17,376 bases of DNA. Source: Candidatus Methylomirabilia bacterium. Its GTDB lineage: Bacteria; Methylomirabilota; Methylomirabilia; Rokubacteriales; CSP1-6. Positions within the stretch are counted from its first letter, which is position 1; every line of letters begins with the position of its first letter. Under the pieces are notes generated by a model that did not search any database, was not told the origin of the DNA, and saw only the letters and a list, made by a program, of their open reading frames with translations. Below, piece by piece: positions 16,797 to 17,376 of this stretch. The translations under genes and the position numbers were made by a program. Location: the NCBI GenBank assembly GCA_046758965.1, contig JBHIBG010000057.1, positions 1 through 17,376 on the forward strand, given 5' to 3'.

Positions 16797-16883
16797 TAAT
16801 GGTGTTCGCGCATCACGGTGATAGCGATTCGGCTTTGCTCGCCGGCAGTTGGCCGTCACGCTGTTTGGCGTGATTCATTAGGT
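16797..16883 (-). repeat. Long imperfect inverted repeat, right copy
   Basis: Reverse complement ACCTAATGAATCACGCCAAACAGCGTGACGGCCAACTGCCGGCGAGCAAAGCCGAATCGCTATCACCGTGATGCGCGAACACCATTA, 78/87 identical to 3808-3893. Confidence 0.93.
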
Positions 16884-17213
16884 CAGCATTGTGTCGGAGT
16901 GTTTAGGTGACCGAAGCTGCCTCAAGCACGCGACAGAAGTTCTTCTGAGAAATTCGGCGACTGAGAATGCCACGAAGTATGGCATGAAAAGGCGGTGCAG
17001 TTTCCGAACCGGAGGTGACTGGCTGATTACGAGTCCCTTCCGGACCAGCCTGAGCACTCGGCATAGATTACAGGATTGGTGACTTGGCTCGAACTCGACT
17101 ACTTCTTTCGGGGGCTATTGGAGATCATGGGGCAGCGCTGGCGCGACGGAGTCGGTTAACCATTGGAATCAGTACCATGGACCGAGATGGCCGCCGATAA
17201 TATGTGCTGAAAT

Positions 17214-17273
17214 AAGGTCTCAAAAACCTTTGGGGTCGCCCCCGTGAGGGTTCGAGTCCCTCCATCCCCACCA
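17214..17273 (+). repeat. att direct repeat: duplicated 3' 60 bp of tRNA-Leu (not a full tRNA)
   Basis: Identical to 3200-3259. It begins at the anticodon stem and lacks the 5' acceptor strand and D arm. Confidence 0.95.
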
Positions 17274-17376
17274 CATGACTTCAAGAAAATAGCGCCCTGA
17301 CCCTCCCGAGCGTCCCCTCGCCTAGCCTCGATTTTCACGCTACCAAAGGGACTAACATTTTCGGGCCCGCGTCAGG

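Larger units (their letters stand above)
3200..17273. mobile_element. Genomic island (~14 kb) integrated at tRNA-Leu(CAA), integrase decayed
   Basis: Exact 60-bp direct repeat of the tRNA 3' part at both ends, with a tyrosine integrase remnant next to the intact tRNA. Confidence 0.9.

Noticed and set aside
16349..17213. ORFs 16385-16627, 16591-16821 and 16891-17082
   Set aside because: No motifs, weak starts and atypical codon use; cannot be supported as genes.
17214..17273. Second tRNA-Leu gene
   Set aside because: It lacks the 5' acceptor strand and D arm; it is the att duplicate.

Overview
High-GC bacterial DNA, diderm as judged by a Pal lipoprotein. The window is built around two divergent tRNA genes, tRNA-Ala(GGC) at 2999-3074 (-) and tRNA-Leu(CAA) at 3173-3259 (+), and both look like integration sites. 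Left of tRNA-Ala are a probable serine-recombinase C-terminal remnant, a sigma54-driven PilZ gene, an internally deleted FGE/SUMF1 relic and the 3' part of pal. Right of tRNA-Leu is a ~14-kb genomic island bounded by an exact 60-bp repeat of the tRNA 3' part (3200-3259 / 17214-17273), with a frameshifted tyrosine-integrase remnant at its left end. Nested inside, an ~87-bp imperfect inverted repeat (3808-3893 / 16797-16883) brackets ~13 kb of cargo with no recognisable transposase. The cargo includes a PAS histidine kinase and sigma54 activator pair with candidate target promoters and repeated TGCA-N5-TGCA sites. It also holds atypical copies of housekeeping families: an out-of-operon RNA polymerase alpha gene split at the NTD/CTD linker, a signal peptidase I, a cold-shock domain, an M28 peptidase lacking two metal ligands, and TPR, ABM-like, Zn-ribbon, TauE and cation/proton antiporter genes. 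Several single-base indels may be decay or assembly error. All calls were made by eye, without database searches.
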